Positions 11,048 to 24,419 of a stretch of DNA of 64,000 nucleotides are shown here, piece after piece (the first letter of the stretch is position 1; each line of letters starts with the position of its first letter). The notes under the pieces are model-generated. The model was not told the DNA's origin. It saw nothing but the letters and a program-made list of their open reading frames with translations, and searched no databases. Location of the stretch: contig CM052832.1 of NCBI GenBank assembly GCA_028534125.1, forward strand, positions 18,478,001 through 18,542,000, in the 5' to 3' direction. Position numbers and translations under genes: made by a program. This DNA comes from Lama glama (Eukaryota).

Positions 11048-14000
11048 AGTCAGCTGGCTTTTGGTTTTCCTGCCCTTCCTTATCTACTGTGTGTGTTTTT
11101 ATTGTAGGAAAAAAATTGGCCAGTGTTGGAATGTTCTGAATTCAGAAGGCAGATTAGGGAACTGGTTCTTTCAAATGAAGCTGGAATATTTTCCCAGAGC
11201 ACCAAGTTTCAAGATATATCCGATAAAAGCTTCAGACAAAAAAGTTATGTGATTACTTCTAGATTTGGTATAAATTATATAGATAGATAGATATATTGAT
11301 ATAGATATATAATGAGGTGATTAAAACTTCTTTATTAAAATTAAATCATTTTGTGAAATATTTATTCTAGTTGAGGTCATTCCTCATTTTATCTTATAAC
11401 ATGTTTAATGTTTTATTTACAAAACAAACTATTTCTATTTTTGATGAAAAGTTTAAATGTGAAGTTAAAAATATCCAAAGGAATACCTGAAATTTTCAAA
11501 ATTCCTTTATGTGGTACATAATCAAAAGAGTTTGAAAACCACTCCCCTATACAAATTGTCTGTTTTAAGTTGTATCCATTCTGGCATTAACTGTTTCTGG
11601 TTTAAAAATTTGCCACAGCATTATTTGTTAACTCAAATCTTTCTTTAATACTATCAGTTCATTTTCCTCTCAACAAGTGTCATATTTTAATTTTATAACT
11701 TGCCTCATAGAGTAGATAATTATTTTGAGTTCCTTAAAAAACGTTTTAGGAATTTACTCTTACTTCTTTGGGAAAATTTTAGAAACTCACTCTTACTTCC
11801 TCGAGAAAATGTCAAGGAAAACGTGCCCATCATTTGTAGCCTATGAGGATTGATTTGCCTTTTTTCATATTGAGAATTTTTTAATGTTTGTATCAGTAAG
11901 GCTTGTAGGGTTGTAGTTACAGAAACCAACTCTGGGTTGTTTAAGCCACAGTAGATTATTTCACTTCATGAAATTGAAGTGGGGGCTGCTCCTAGGATTG
12001 AACGGACAGATGAAGCACCAGGCAGCCCCAGAAGGTCTTAGCCACAGCAGCTCACTCCACTGCTGAAATAAATGGTGTACCCTACATTCTCCATTCTCCT
12101 GTCCCGCTCCTCAATATTTAAAGTCTCAAGAGAGAATTTAATTGGTGGAATTTAGGTAAAGTGCTCACTCCTTGGCTTTAACAGAGTGTGGAAATGTGAT
12201 GAGCAAACTCTCAACTGACCCTTTCAGCTTCCAGAGGGAGGTCAGAACACCGTGATTCACTATCACAACACGATTACACACAAAGGGCAAGAGGCAGTTC
12301 CCCCAAATAAAGTTGTGATGCTAGTAAGAAGGAGCAAAGGAAATATTGGAAATAGGTTTATATAATTTTTCTTTCTAACTATTGTGGAGTAGAACTAGTT
12401 CTACCTAAGCCAGCTGTTTGCTAAAATAAAGCAAGGATGGTTTCTCCTCGGGAACTGCCCTCTTGCTGCTCTGAGTGCCAGGACAGTTCTTAGGACCTGA
12501 GCTGTTCGTCAAGTGATGTCAGTTTAGGTGATGATTGATTCATTTAAATGAGTCCAATGGGCAGAGGGAGCAAAGGCTATGGACACCCCAGCAAGTGAAT
12601 GTAATGGCTTTTTTCAGTTTGTGTTGAAACCACTTTTCTGAAACCAGGGGAGTGCCCTTTCCCTGTTTATATGTGACTCGTCAGTTCCAGAAAGTGCTTT
12701 CTAGTTTTCAGGGTAAATTATCACCAATGGTCCAGCTCTATGGACCCATCTCTACCTCTAACCCTGGCCCCCTGGGGGAGCCAGCAGAGAAAATAGGTGC
12801 CATAGACATAAAAGGAGTCTCAGTGAAGCAGAGAGCCTGAACATCACTGAGAGATTAGTGGACAGTAGCCTTACTTACAACTCTGTTATCACCCAGGAGC
12901 TTGAAAATTCCAGTTAGTTTGGTATCTGGAGCTATCGATTTTGTTGAGATTCTTGGAACCACTTGAAGATGAATTGTTTAGACATTTCAGGGTCTGGTGT
13001 ATGTGGATGCTGCCACCCAGAAGTTGGATGTCAAGGTTTAACCTCACATACAGATATAGGGAAAACTAAAATGTGTCAAGCAGGTTGAGATTAGTGGCCT
13101 AGAAAATTATTTATATGTGAGTTACAATAAAATTGAGGAACTCTTTCCTTCCATAAAAAGATTTGTTGCTCATGTTGTATTCCGGACTCCCAACAGGATT
13201 ATCCCATTTTGTTCTCCATTTATCTATGCTTTGAGTCCTTCTCTGTGGATTGAGATGAGGTGCTGGGAGTACAATGCTAAGTGATGCCATCATCCTCACC
13301 ACAGAAGTTGAAATCCTAAATGGGAGTTTTTCCCACATTCCAAAAATATATGCCACAGGCCAGCCAGCTGTTGCTCAGCCTACTCGGGCTAAAGTAGCGA
13401 ACAGGCACAGCCCCTGTCCGTGTGAAATGGACTAAGACAATAAATAAGTAAACTGCACATTGTGTGAAAGTGATAAACGCTAAGAAGAAAAATTAAACAG
13501 GGAGGGAGGACTCATTGAAAAGCTAACATTTGAATAAAGTCCCAAAAGGGGGAAAGGAAAGAGGGGAACTGGCTTTGGGGGAAGAGAGCTCCAGACAGAA
13601 TGTTGGACAGTGAATTCTAAATGAATCACTTATTACAATTAGGATGAGTACTCAGGGAATGCAGCGTAGAAGAATTTGAAAGATTAGAGGGAGGACAGGG
13701 TGGCCTGGAAGATCTCACTGAAAAAGTGACAGCTGAGTTGAGCTGAGCTCTGAAAGTTAGTGAGAATTACTAGATAAAGGAAAATAGAAAGTATCTTGCA
13801 TGCAAAAGAACCAGCATGAATAAGAAGAATGAATCATAAAAATTATAATATAATAGCCAACATTTGTGGAGTGCTGATTATTTGCCAGTTAATTCTCACA
13901 ACAATCAAGTGGTTAGGTAGTGTTTTTCATTTTACAATGAGGCAACAGAGGCAAAAAAGATATTACATAATAGAATTTAGAATCCTGGCAGTCTGGTTGA

Positions 14001-16009
14001 ACCTCAATGATCAGGAAAATTGGGAAGATGTGAAATAGTCCTTTTCAGAAACTGAAGATGGCAATGATTTCGAGAAAGGATGTAAGTTGACACATTATGG
14101 AAGTTGCTGGCTTTTGATTTATGATACTATGCAGGGTGCTGAGAGCTTTCCTAGCGTGTAACCAGTGTTTTAAGAGAACTTTTAGAGAAATAGCAAAGAG
14201 TTGGGAGAAAATTTAATCCAAACTTAAGCCTTACTTTCATTTAAATGGCTCCACATGTAAGATAAAAGGTTATTATTTGGCACTTGACTTCAAATGAAAG
14301 CTCATAAGACTAATTCATTAAAAGCTTGCAGAACGCAGCGGAGCACAAAGTAACCAGAACGGCTGTACTTTCCAAGTGTGCATGAATGGTGTGCATGGGA
14401 GGCAGCCTGAGGTTAACTCTCACTTATCTTGCAGGTTGCCCCATTTCTCTCCTAAAATCAATGTTCTCAGCTGATCAGCTTATCAAGAGCCCTGACTAAA
14501 CACAGCAGCAACATTTGGAAGGAGTTGCTTTCAGTGAGCAATCGTTTGACTGTACTATGTGGTGAGCAGTTTCTCTACCTGGATCCATCATGCCCAGGTC
14601 TCCTGGTTCTCCAGTATTCTTGGTACCAAGGAGATACCCTGGCATCCTTGTAAGCTGAGTAGGTTCTCCTTTCTGCTTTACTGCTGAAAACTCGTTTATT
14701 TAGATCTGGGCTTCTCTCCACTTCTATATGATTTGTTTTCCGTCACATGATTTGGCACAGAATACGTCACTGCTGCTGGCTCAGCAATTCCAAGATCATT
14801 GCCCCTTTGCCCCATAGAAATGATTTCATAGCATCTGCCAGCCTCCTCCTTAATACTTTGATATCAGCATTGCCATTTCTCGCAGGCAATATTGAAGCTC
14901 CCTCTTCCTCTTCCCCATGTCTTGTTGGCTTTCCACTAACTCATCCTTTCCCTAGTTTTGTGTCTTCCTTGCTTGTGATCATCCCACCTGTCCAGAAGCA
15001 CCTGTAAACTTTAATTCTTTGTAGGCATGAAACCCTAGGATTCTCCGCTAGTCATAATGTATACTCCCCAATTCCCAAGCCAGCGCAGCCTTTTGTATAT
15101 GTATATTCTCCATTGTACACTCTTGAAACTCTTATGCAAACACTCCCTCCTCTAGGAAGCCTTTTAAAATGTTCCTAGGCAGAATCAGTCACCCTATTTA
15201 GTCTTTGTCACATCTTAAAGTTCTGCACCTTTGTTTGTTCGATTGGAATGTAATCTCCTACAGGGTGGTATTTTCCTCCTCATCTTTTAACAAATAGCCC
15301 GCCACAAAATGGATGTGTGATAATAATACATGGAATGGTGAGTAACTGAATGGATATTTCAAGATTCCTTAGTGCTTTCAAAGTTTTGTAATATAAGAGA
15401 AAAGGAAACATCTTAAAATGCTTGCCTAAAATTTTACCCTCACTGTGATTTCCACCCAAATAAAAAAACTGGTGGGGGTAAAAAACCCAGCAAAGGAAAT
15501 ACATATGATTGAAATTTCAGGGGGTGAAATTTTAGGGGGATGATGGGTCTTGGGCAATTTTTCCTGTTTCCCAAATTTATTTGAAATAGTTTTAAAAAGA
15601 AAAATAATATATGTATACTAATTTATTTAAAAAGAAGTAACCCACCATTCTTTCTGTTAAAAAGAAAAACATTTTTTAAATTGTTTCTGGGAGGATACAA
15701 GGAAATATTACTCTGGTTTCTTTCAGGAGAAAAATGAAGAGCTGGAGAACATGGCTAAACAGAGTTTTTAATTTTTTTTTTGCTTGCTTTTTATTATCTT
15801 CTTTTGTAGATTTGAATTTCAAATGACATGAATGTGTTACAAGTTCAAAATAATGTTATGTTTAAAATAGAACTTTTGTTTCAAAATATGTAATATTTAG
15901 TAATAAAGAAGTCTGGATTTTGGAGTTAAAAGTATTTTGAGGACAGGTAATAATAATTATTTCATTTTAAATGATTGTTATTGAAGCATCATTTATATCC
16001 AGAAAGTTA

Positions 16010-17120
16010 TACACATCAACAAGCTAAATATTCAAAAAACCCAAACAACCCAATGAAAAGTGAGCAGAAGACCTGAATAAACATTTTTCCAGGGAAGATA
16101 TACAGATGGCCAAAAGGCACATGAAAAGATGCTCAACATAACTAATCATCAGATAAATGCAAATCAAAATCACAATGAGTTATCACTGCACACTGTTAGA
16201 ATGGCTACCATTAAAAAGTCTACAAATAACAAATGTTGGCAAAGATGTGGAGAAAAGGGAACCCTAGTACATTGTTGGTGGGAATGTAAATTGGTGCAGC
16301 CACTATGAAGAATAGTATGGTGGTTCTTTGAAAAACTGAAAATAGAGTTACCATATGACCCAGCAATCCCACTCCTGGGCATATATCTGGAAAAGATGAA
16401 AAGTCTAATTTGAAAAGATACACACACCCCAATGTTCATAGCAGCACTATTTACAATAGCCAAGACATGGAGACAGCCTAAATGTCCATCAACAGACGAC
16501 TAGATAAAGAAGCTGTGGTATATTTATACAATGGAATACTACTCAGCTATAAAAACCGACAACATAATGCCATTTGCAGCAACATGGATGCTCTTGGAGA
16601 ATGTCATTCTAAGTGAAGTAAGCCAGAAAGAGAAAGAAAAATACCATATGAGATCACTCATATGTGGAATCTAAAAACAAACAAACAAACAAACAAACAA
16701 AAAACAAGACATAAATACAAAACAGAAAAAGACTCATAGACATAGAATACAAACTTGTGGTTGCCAAGGGGGTGGAGGGTGGGAAGGGATAGACGGGATT
16801 TCAAAATTGTAGAATCGATAAATAAGATTATACTGTATAGCACAGGGAAATACATACAAGATCTTATGGTAGTGCACAGAGAAAAAATGTGACAATGAAT
16901 ATATATATGTTCATGTATAACTGAAAAATTGTGCTGTACACTGGAATTTGACACAGCATTGTAAAATGATTATAAATCAATAAAAAAAGTTATACTGTTT
17001 AAAAAAAGAAGAAGAAGAAGAAGCGATATACATATACATACACTGGAATATTACTCAGCCATAAAAAAGAATGAAATTCTGCCATTTGCAACAACATGGA
17101 TAGACCTAGAGGGTATTATG
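16010..17120 (+). mobile_element. Composite L1 3' region: older L1 with a young lineage-specific L1 3' end inside
   Basis: ORF2 C-terminal sequence, young 3' UTR ending tcaataaa plus A/GAA tail near 16980-17023, then older L1 sequence resumes. Confidence 0.85.
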
Positions 17121-18108
17121 TTCTATGTCAATCATAGCACAATAAAACTGGAAGGAAAAAAAGCTTAGTGTCAGGCACTTAGGCTCCACTCCAGTTTCTT
17201 CATCTGCCTTGTAGGAAAATTTCTCTGGCCTCAGAAGTTTGTTGAGAGAGGTAATCAATGAGTTAATATATGTAAAGCAGTTTGGACAGGACCTCAATCA
17301 TAGTAAATGCTATGGTTTTGCTGTTACTGATTTCTTAGCTATTAATGATGCAGAAATGAATATCCTTGCATGTACTTCAGGGCATGCCTGTGCAAGTGTA
17401 ACTTCAAGTGAAAATCTAGGCAGTTACAGGGTCAAAGATATCTGTGTTTTAAATGTTTATAGACACTTCCAAATTTTTCTCCATAGAAGTCTGTAACAAT
17501 TTACACATCCATTAATAATTTATTTTATTAATTACTTCCCTACACTCTTACCAACAGGGTATATCAAACTTTTAGATTTCTGAAATCTAAATGGTAAAAA
17601 TGGTCTTTCTATTTTCTCTTACTGCATGTTAAGTCAAACATCCTTCTATGAGTTGTAAAAATTTTGTCTTTGTCTAAAAATATCTTTACTTCACCTGCAC
17701 TCTTTAATTATAGCTTAACTGTATGTAGAATTCTAGATTGAGAAATAGTTTGCTTCTTTTCAAAACAAAGTGTTTCTGTCTCTTTGAAAAGCAATTTCAG
17801 GATATTATTCCGTTGTTATGTTTCCTATTACAAAAATCATAAAATGTAATTCATGATACTAATTAAAGGAGAAGAGAATCGTGTGTTACTTAGTAGTTGC
17901 TTACTGGGTAGTTACTAATATTTTGTATTTATTTTTAATTAAATTCTGTTAGTAATATGAGAGTAATATATGTCAGGTGAAACTGTGTATTATACTTCAG
18001 AAATTCAAAATCACTATTATCAGTATTTTTTTTATTATTGTATCAGACTATCAGGCAATGCATTTAGAGAAGAAATTTAACTACTGAAGAAAATAATTGT
18101 ATAGTTAG

Positions 18109-18684
18109 TGTACAGGAGTAGCTCGGCCAGGGCACCCTGACAACTTTGCACACCTTCACATGGGCCGCACAGGCAAGGCTCAGCTGTACTCTGACCCTCC
18201 TTGGCAGAATGCCCCGTGATCTTCCCTGAAACATGGGAAGAAGCAGTCTTGTGAGGAATTTCTCATCATCCTCCCTATCTAGGTGAAAGTTCCCTGTACG
18301 GAGGGAGGCTTATATGAGGCAGTTTCTTATCTACCACTTCTCTGGTTCATGGGAGGTGTAGAAGAATTTCTGTATCTACTCTTGGGGTACAGATGCAAAC
18401 GATAAATTTGCTTGGCTGAAGCTTAGTTGGCTCCTAAATGATAGATCAACACCCCACTTGTGTCATTTGTCACCTAGCCCTTCCAGTTCCATGTCAACCT
18501 GTGGAACTAAGGAAACAGGAATGTGACACCATGTTGAACTTGCTTTTGGTGTTTGTATTAGTAATAAACTGTCTGAGTCCATCTGGGCCCATTGTCTCCT
18601 TCCTGGCCAAATATATGAAAATGTACTAAGCTAGATTAATAGCTTCCACTGTGTCGCTGCTAAGAGATCATTTACCTGCTTGAC
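18109..18684 (+). mobile_element. Probable solo LTR (ERV1-like)
   Basis: Begins TGT, ends ACA, AATAAA near 18563, GC-richer than the AT-rich flanks; no clear TSD. Confidence 0.5.
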
Positions 18685-19459
18685 ATCTCGCTGTCTACCT
18701 GGAAAATCCTAGAGGAGAACCTGGAAAACTGAAATGTTGGAATTCAGCAAGGCAGACAAATAGAATATTAAAGCACAAATTACCAGTAGCATTTCAACAT
18801 AGAAAAGCAATGAATAAATATAATGGAAAAATTCCTTATTATATATATACTCAGATAAGTTTATTTTATATCATATAATAGACATTCCAAAATAGAAAGG
18901 ATAAAAGTGTTTCTAAGAATGTCAACTTTACAGGACTCTAGACTGTTCATGAAGAGATAACACAAAGAGATATTTGTATTAGAAATAAAAATACATTAAA
19001 TGATAATTATTAACTGAAAATATTGATCTCTCCGGAAAGAAACTTTGTTTTATGCTGTTTACATCTGGCTCAGTGGCACATCCACACCTCACCCTCCTCT
19101 CCCAAGACAAGCTTTAAAAATCAGGAAGTTCATTAACCCACGCCTAAGTAGTAATTCACACTTAAGTTGTGGAAATATACTCTTCTATTTGGTAATGCAA
19201 CATCATCAACAAAAATCAATAAACAAGTACAATTCAACATCCTGAAATACAGAGCACCAAAGTTAACAGAAAAACTAGCACTCCTCCTCGCCAAAATAGA
19301 AGAGTGTTAGTATAAATATTTAAATTAGATAAATGAATAACAACAGAAATACTCGGGGATATCTCATTCTAAAAACAAGAGTTGGATGCATGAAAAAGAA
19401 AGTTTTCTAAGAAATGACAAATATTCCCAGACTCCCTGGGTGGCTAGATAACCAACTCT

Positions 19460-19590
19460 GTATCTTACTGCTAAGTTATTTAACCTCTCTGTAAAATGGG
19501 CATAATAATAGTATCTACTGTAGAGGTTTGTTGTGAGAAATAAAAGTGTTTCTCTATGTAAAATGTTTAGAACAGTGCCCAGCACGTCTA
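19460..19590 (+). mobile_element. MIR SINE relic
   Basis: aagttatttaacctctctgtaaaatgggcataataatagtatctac...gtaaaatgtttagaacagtgcccagcac. Confidence 0.7.
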
Positions 19591-19689
19591 TAGTGTTAAA
19601 GAGGCCCCATCAAAAGAAGTCGCTGAAAAGACAAGGAAGGGTAGAACAGAATAAGGAAGCAAGGAAGAGATAGCTGCTATCTTTATTTG

Positions 19690-20300
19690 AAAATAGCTTC
19701 AGATAGTCAAGTTCTATGGAAAACCGTGTGGGAATATTGGTTGGTATTGCATTACATCTATGGATTATTCTGGAGAGACTTAAAAGTTTTCCATTTTTTA
19801 ACATTCCTGTTTGTGAAAATGTAATGTTTCTATATTTAGTTCTACTTTAATACCTTACTATAAATTTTGCAATTTTCTACATAACGGTGTTCCATATTTT
19901 TTGTTAGATTTATTCATAGCTCTTATTCCCTTTTGTTGCTATTATGTTCTTTTATTGCTCTTGTGAATTACATCTCTTTTTATAATATCATTTGTTTGGG
20001 GCTGGTAACTAAAAATGCAATCTAATTTTGAGTGTCACTTTTATATCTGTCAAATGTGCTAAACTCTCTTATAAATTATAATAATTTATGTATAGGATTT
20101 TTGTTTTTCTATGTAGACAATCATATGATGCATAGATTGATAATTGATAATTATAGTTTTACTTCTTTTCCAATCATTTCACAGTTCTTTCTTGTGTTGT
20201 TATGTTGGCTAGGTTTTCTACTATAGTGATGAAAAGATGTGGAGCAAGCACCTCTCATATACCTGACTTTAACAGGAAAGATTACCTTTGAGTGGAATGC
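19690..20300 (-). mobile_element. Old L1 ORF2 fragment
   Basis: Minus-strand translation includes IHRCNAIPTNIP, a degenerate form of the L1 ORF2 motif IYRFNAIPIKIP. Confidence 0.7.
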
Positions 20301-22449
20301 TTTTCTAGGTTTTACAAATGCTCTTTAATTACAGCTTAATTTAAATTTTACTGGAATTTTGTTCTACTTCCAGTTTGCAGGGAATGTTTTCCTTTTTCAT
20401 TTTGTTGAATTGCATGTAGTAATCTATTTGAGATATTTTCTTCACATAGATTGCTAACTCCAACTTTTAATTTAATTATACTTGATTGTTTTGAATAAGG
20501 TAGATTTTTAATCATTTTCAGTTATGACTATCATTACACTTCAAACATGTTGATAATAATGATAATAACAATAATGATGGCAAATGATGACTTTCATTTA
20601 ATGATTTTTCTATTATATGCAAAGTCTGGTGAGTGGTTTTGTTTGTTGCATAATTTATTCCTGTTTCTTTCAATGATCTCCAAATAAGTGGGAATCAAAG
20701 TAAAATATACTTGTTCCTAGTGCCAGGTAGTAAGTAAAGGTGTCTGGATATAAACGCAGCATTGTATAATATATAGAACCTGTGCTGGTTAGAAGATGCA
20801 ATACTGTATTTCTTGATAGTTATGAGATTCTCTTTACAATACAAATAGCAATTTAATTGTGTTCATTATCCTATCTGGAAACATAACACCTCAGTGCACT
20901 AGCACTCCAATTTTCTTCCACATATTCTCCTAAATATTATATTTGTCACAATTGTTCTTTTTTCTTTCCCATGGAGGCTATCTTTAATAGCATAAGATTT
21001 TGCAGCTTTAGCTAGGCATTCCTGGAACTGTAGTTGCTGAAGAAAGGGGCACTGAAACTAGCAAGTAGACTAGAAGAAAGCCATATCTAAGGAGAAAAGC
21101 AAGGACTATTTGCAGTACGACAATCTAACACATACTTGAATGTGGTGTGTAGGTAACAAAAGCTGTACCATTCTGCTCAGCTGATAGAAGGCAACAGAGA
21201 TGATCTTCCAATATGAGCTTGATGATCAGATGACCCTATTTGTTATAAAGATGGTGCGGCGAAACAGGAGTCTGACTTAGAGGGGAAAAAAAAGGACTTG
21301 CCAATACCATGATGTGGACTTAAGGTTCTGAGAGCACATAACACATTATTTGGGTTCATGGTTTAGAGTGTGTGTGAAAAAGCAGCCAAGCTCCAGAGAA
21401 GGACCATTGTCATTTAGCCAAGTTTTTGTTTCAGGATTTTGACTCTTCTAATGTAATGGCTTGACCGCTGCCCCTGAATCAGCTGAATCACTGCTGGTTA
21501 TTACGAGGTTTGGAGCAGAGCATGCGTGTGAGAGGTGCTTCGTCTGCCAGGACGCATCCTGGCCTTCTAGACTAGAAACGACAGGCTTTCTATGATCATA
21601 GGAGGACTGTACCCTGGTGCCCTCTGAAACATTACCCAGAATCAGAGCCAGTATCCTGCTGAGTTGTTATGTGACTAATTATTAATAACAGTTGTTCACG
21701 GTTTTATGAAAACAGCTCTAAGGATAACTTTAACAGTTATCAAAGGAGAAATATACACCCTATCTTCTCTAATAATTCTATGACTAAAGCAAAGCAATCT
21801 AAAAATCAACCCTTTTCAAAAGGAAAACATAACTTTTAAAAGTGTATATCACAATCTAAGTCAAGGAAATATTTCAATCTGTATTCAAGTGTTTAAAAAT
21901 TAATTATAGAAATGAAGCAAAGTTGGAATTTTTTCCACACAGAGACAACTAATTTCTATTTCTACCAAATAAAATCAAGTAGAATGCAAGAACAAACAAC
22001 TCACGAACATTTTAAGATGAAGTTAAAAATTAAATTGCAAAACCAAGTCACATTTTCTGACTTGGATAATAATTCAGGATTAGAAGTATTTGAATTCTAA
22101 AGTTGATTATTTATCACAGGGTCCAGAGTCCTTCAAAAATGACTCAGGGAAAAATGTTTTACACAAGAAGGTGAAATTTACATCCCTTCCTTCTCCACAG
22201 TGGACTTAGATTATCCATGCTTCAATTCCCAAAGTGTAGCTGGAACAAATCTGGCTTTCTTTTCTCTTCTGACCTCATAATGAATATAATAAAACTTACC
22301 TGAAAGAATTGTGAGGAGGAAATTAGTAATAAATAGTAATAAATGAATAATAAATGCTTGGAAAATAGTAGCAAAGACTCCCCAAGACCCAGGCACCTCC
22401 TTCAGAATCCTTGATCTCAGTGATGGTTCCCACTCCACCAGAATGCTGG

Positions 22450-22943
22450 TGTAAAAGGGAAGAACAAATCTGACTCCATATTGAACCTGTTTCTTTTATT
22501 TTAACCTTTGTATTCTGTTGATTTTGCTACAGGTTAATCACTAAAGGGATGTTTGTTGCCTGTAAGCTTAAATTATACATAATGGCCCATTATGTGGAAC
22601 TCTGGGAACCCTGCCTCCCAGGTAATGAGCATTTAGGTTAAGCACCTTTGTTTAGCTCACAGGAAATATCCTGATCAGGCCTACCTGTGAATGACTGCAG
22701 GAAGGAAGAAATTAACACATCCCCTCCAGAGGCTGACTGGAAGCAGGAAATGTTTGACTTTACTCCCTCCCCTCTTAGTAGAAAGAAGCGTGAATTCTAA
22801 CTCAGGCGAGATGGTTCTTTGGGACACTATCTTCTTGGTCTGTTGGCTTTCTGAATAAAGTCACTATTTCTTGCCCCAACAACTCATTCCTCAATTTATT
22901 GGCCTGTCATGCAGTGAGTAGTATGAACTCGGACTCGGTAAGA
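22450..22943 (+). mobile_element. Solo LTR, MER41-like cetartiodactyl ERV1 family
   Basis: Starts tgtaaaagggaagaacaaatctgactccatatt, ends ggactcggtaaga; AATAAA at ~22854; near-match 4-bp TSD ctgg/ctag; matches a recalled consensus. Confidence 0.75.
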
Positions 22944-23989
22944 CTAGGAGGTGGTTTACTCTCCCATAATGCAGAACAGATGGGTATAAATACTCAAACT
23001 CAAAATCAAAAAGAGATCTCCTCGGGGAATAAACTAAGAAGGAATGTAGAATGAGCAGGAGCTTAAGCCAGGAGAGCTCATAGGAGTGCTGCATGAGGCT
23101 TACTTCTCCATGGCTGGAGATGGACTCTAATGCTCACATAAGGAAAGGTGTCTGGGTTGCAAGCACAGAGATGCAGGGAGCTGGAAATGAAGCATCCACA
23201 TAGAGCTGGGAATGTGAAGGCATTGCTTCATCTCTGAGATGAAGGCATAACCACCTGCAAACTCGGGAAGCAGTGAGGATATTTTCAACTATGTAGGAGT
23301 GTAGGTAAGAACAAGTCAACCAAAAGAAACTGAGAAAGGTTAGGCTCCACTGTGCCTATGTTGGTGTTCCAAATCCATGTTGCTTATTCAGCAAGTGAAT
23401 TATAGAACGGTCCATACCGCATCGTAATGTGTATACAAATTTAGAAATAATACAAAGCATTATCTATGTAGAAAAAAAAACGTGGAGAAATCGTACTAAA
23501 TTTATGTGAGATGTTTTTGTTATTGTTCTTCATGTGTGTGAGAGGGAGGAAAGGAGAAAAGACCAAAGAAAGCAACAGTGTAAAGTTTAAGTTTATCTGT
23601 AATATTATAGTTCAGTGTTTCAAAAAAAATTTTTAACAAAATTTCAAAGGGAAAAAACACAAAAATAACAAAGGAAAAAGTACTAAACCGTACTTAATTA
23701 TAATATTCTCTCTTTTTTTGCAACTTTTCCGAACAGAACTAAAGTCGTTGAAGATACAATAAAGCAAAGCAAGAACCACACACAGATGTCTGAATTAGAG
23801 AACATAGCTGAGTTTCTAGGAGATACACCTGAGGGGAAAAGTCGAGACTCTCATGTTGGCAGAGAGGCAGGTAGAACTGGAGAAGGGGTTCAGATTCTGA
23901 GTACTCAAGGCACATTTTTCCAAAAACTTCCCCAAATTTCACTTGGCAAGAAGCCTTCTCATTCAACTTCTAGTTTGGTGAATCTCATT

Positions 23990-24116
23990 AATGGTTAGCA
24001 ATTCCAGCCTCAGGATGCCAAAGAATCCTCAGCTGCCTGCTGGCAAGACTGCGGAGGGAAAGAGTAGGAAGGAAGAGCGGGTTCTAAGTTGAAGTCCGTC
24101 CTCAGACACTAAGTCG
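23990..24116 (+). other. SLC17A3: Putative non-coding first exon of SLC17A3 (5' boundary uncertain)
   Basis: Strong donor tcg|gtaagt at 24117, non-repetitive sequence, HNF1-like cattaatggttag just upstream, about 6 kb before the ATG exon. Confidence 0.45.
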
Positions 24117-24419
24117 GTAAGTCGTTTCTCTTGGTGTTGCTGCGAAAGGTCTCTCAAAGATCCTTTCTGTGTAACAACTGACAATTTTTGTATACCCTCC
24201 AAGTCACAGGTTTTCTCACATTGATTTAAAAAATTTTGAGTGAAAATGTAAAAACCCTTATCTCCTTAGCAAGGCAAAGAGAAGGGAGGAGGGAGTGGGA
24301 AGGTGGTTTTGTGTGCCCGATCACCCATAAACTGAGAAAATGCCAACTGTGGGTGACATTTCTTAGAAATAGTCACTCTAGCGAGACGTTTAAAGGCTGA
24401 GTTTTGGGGAGTAAAGAAA

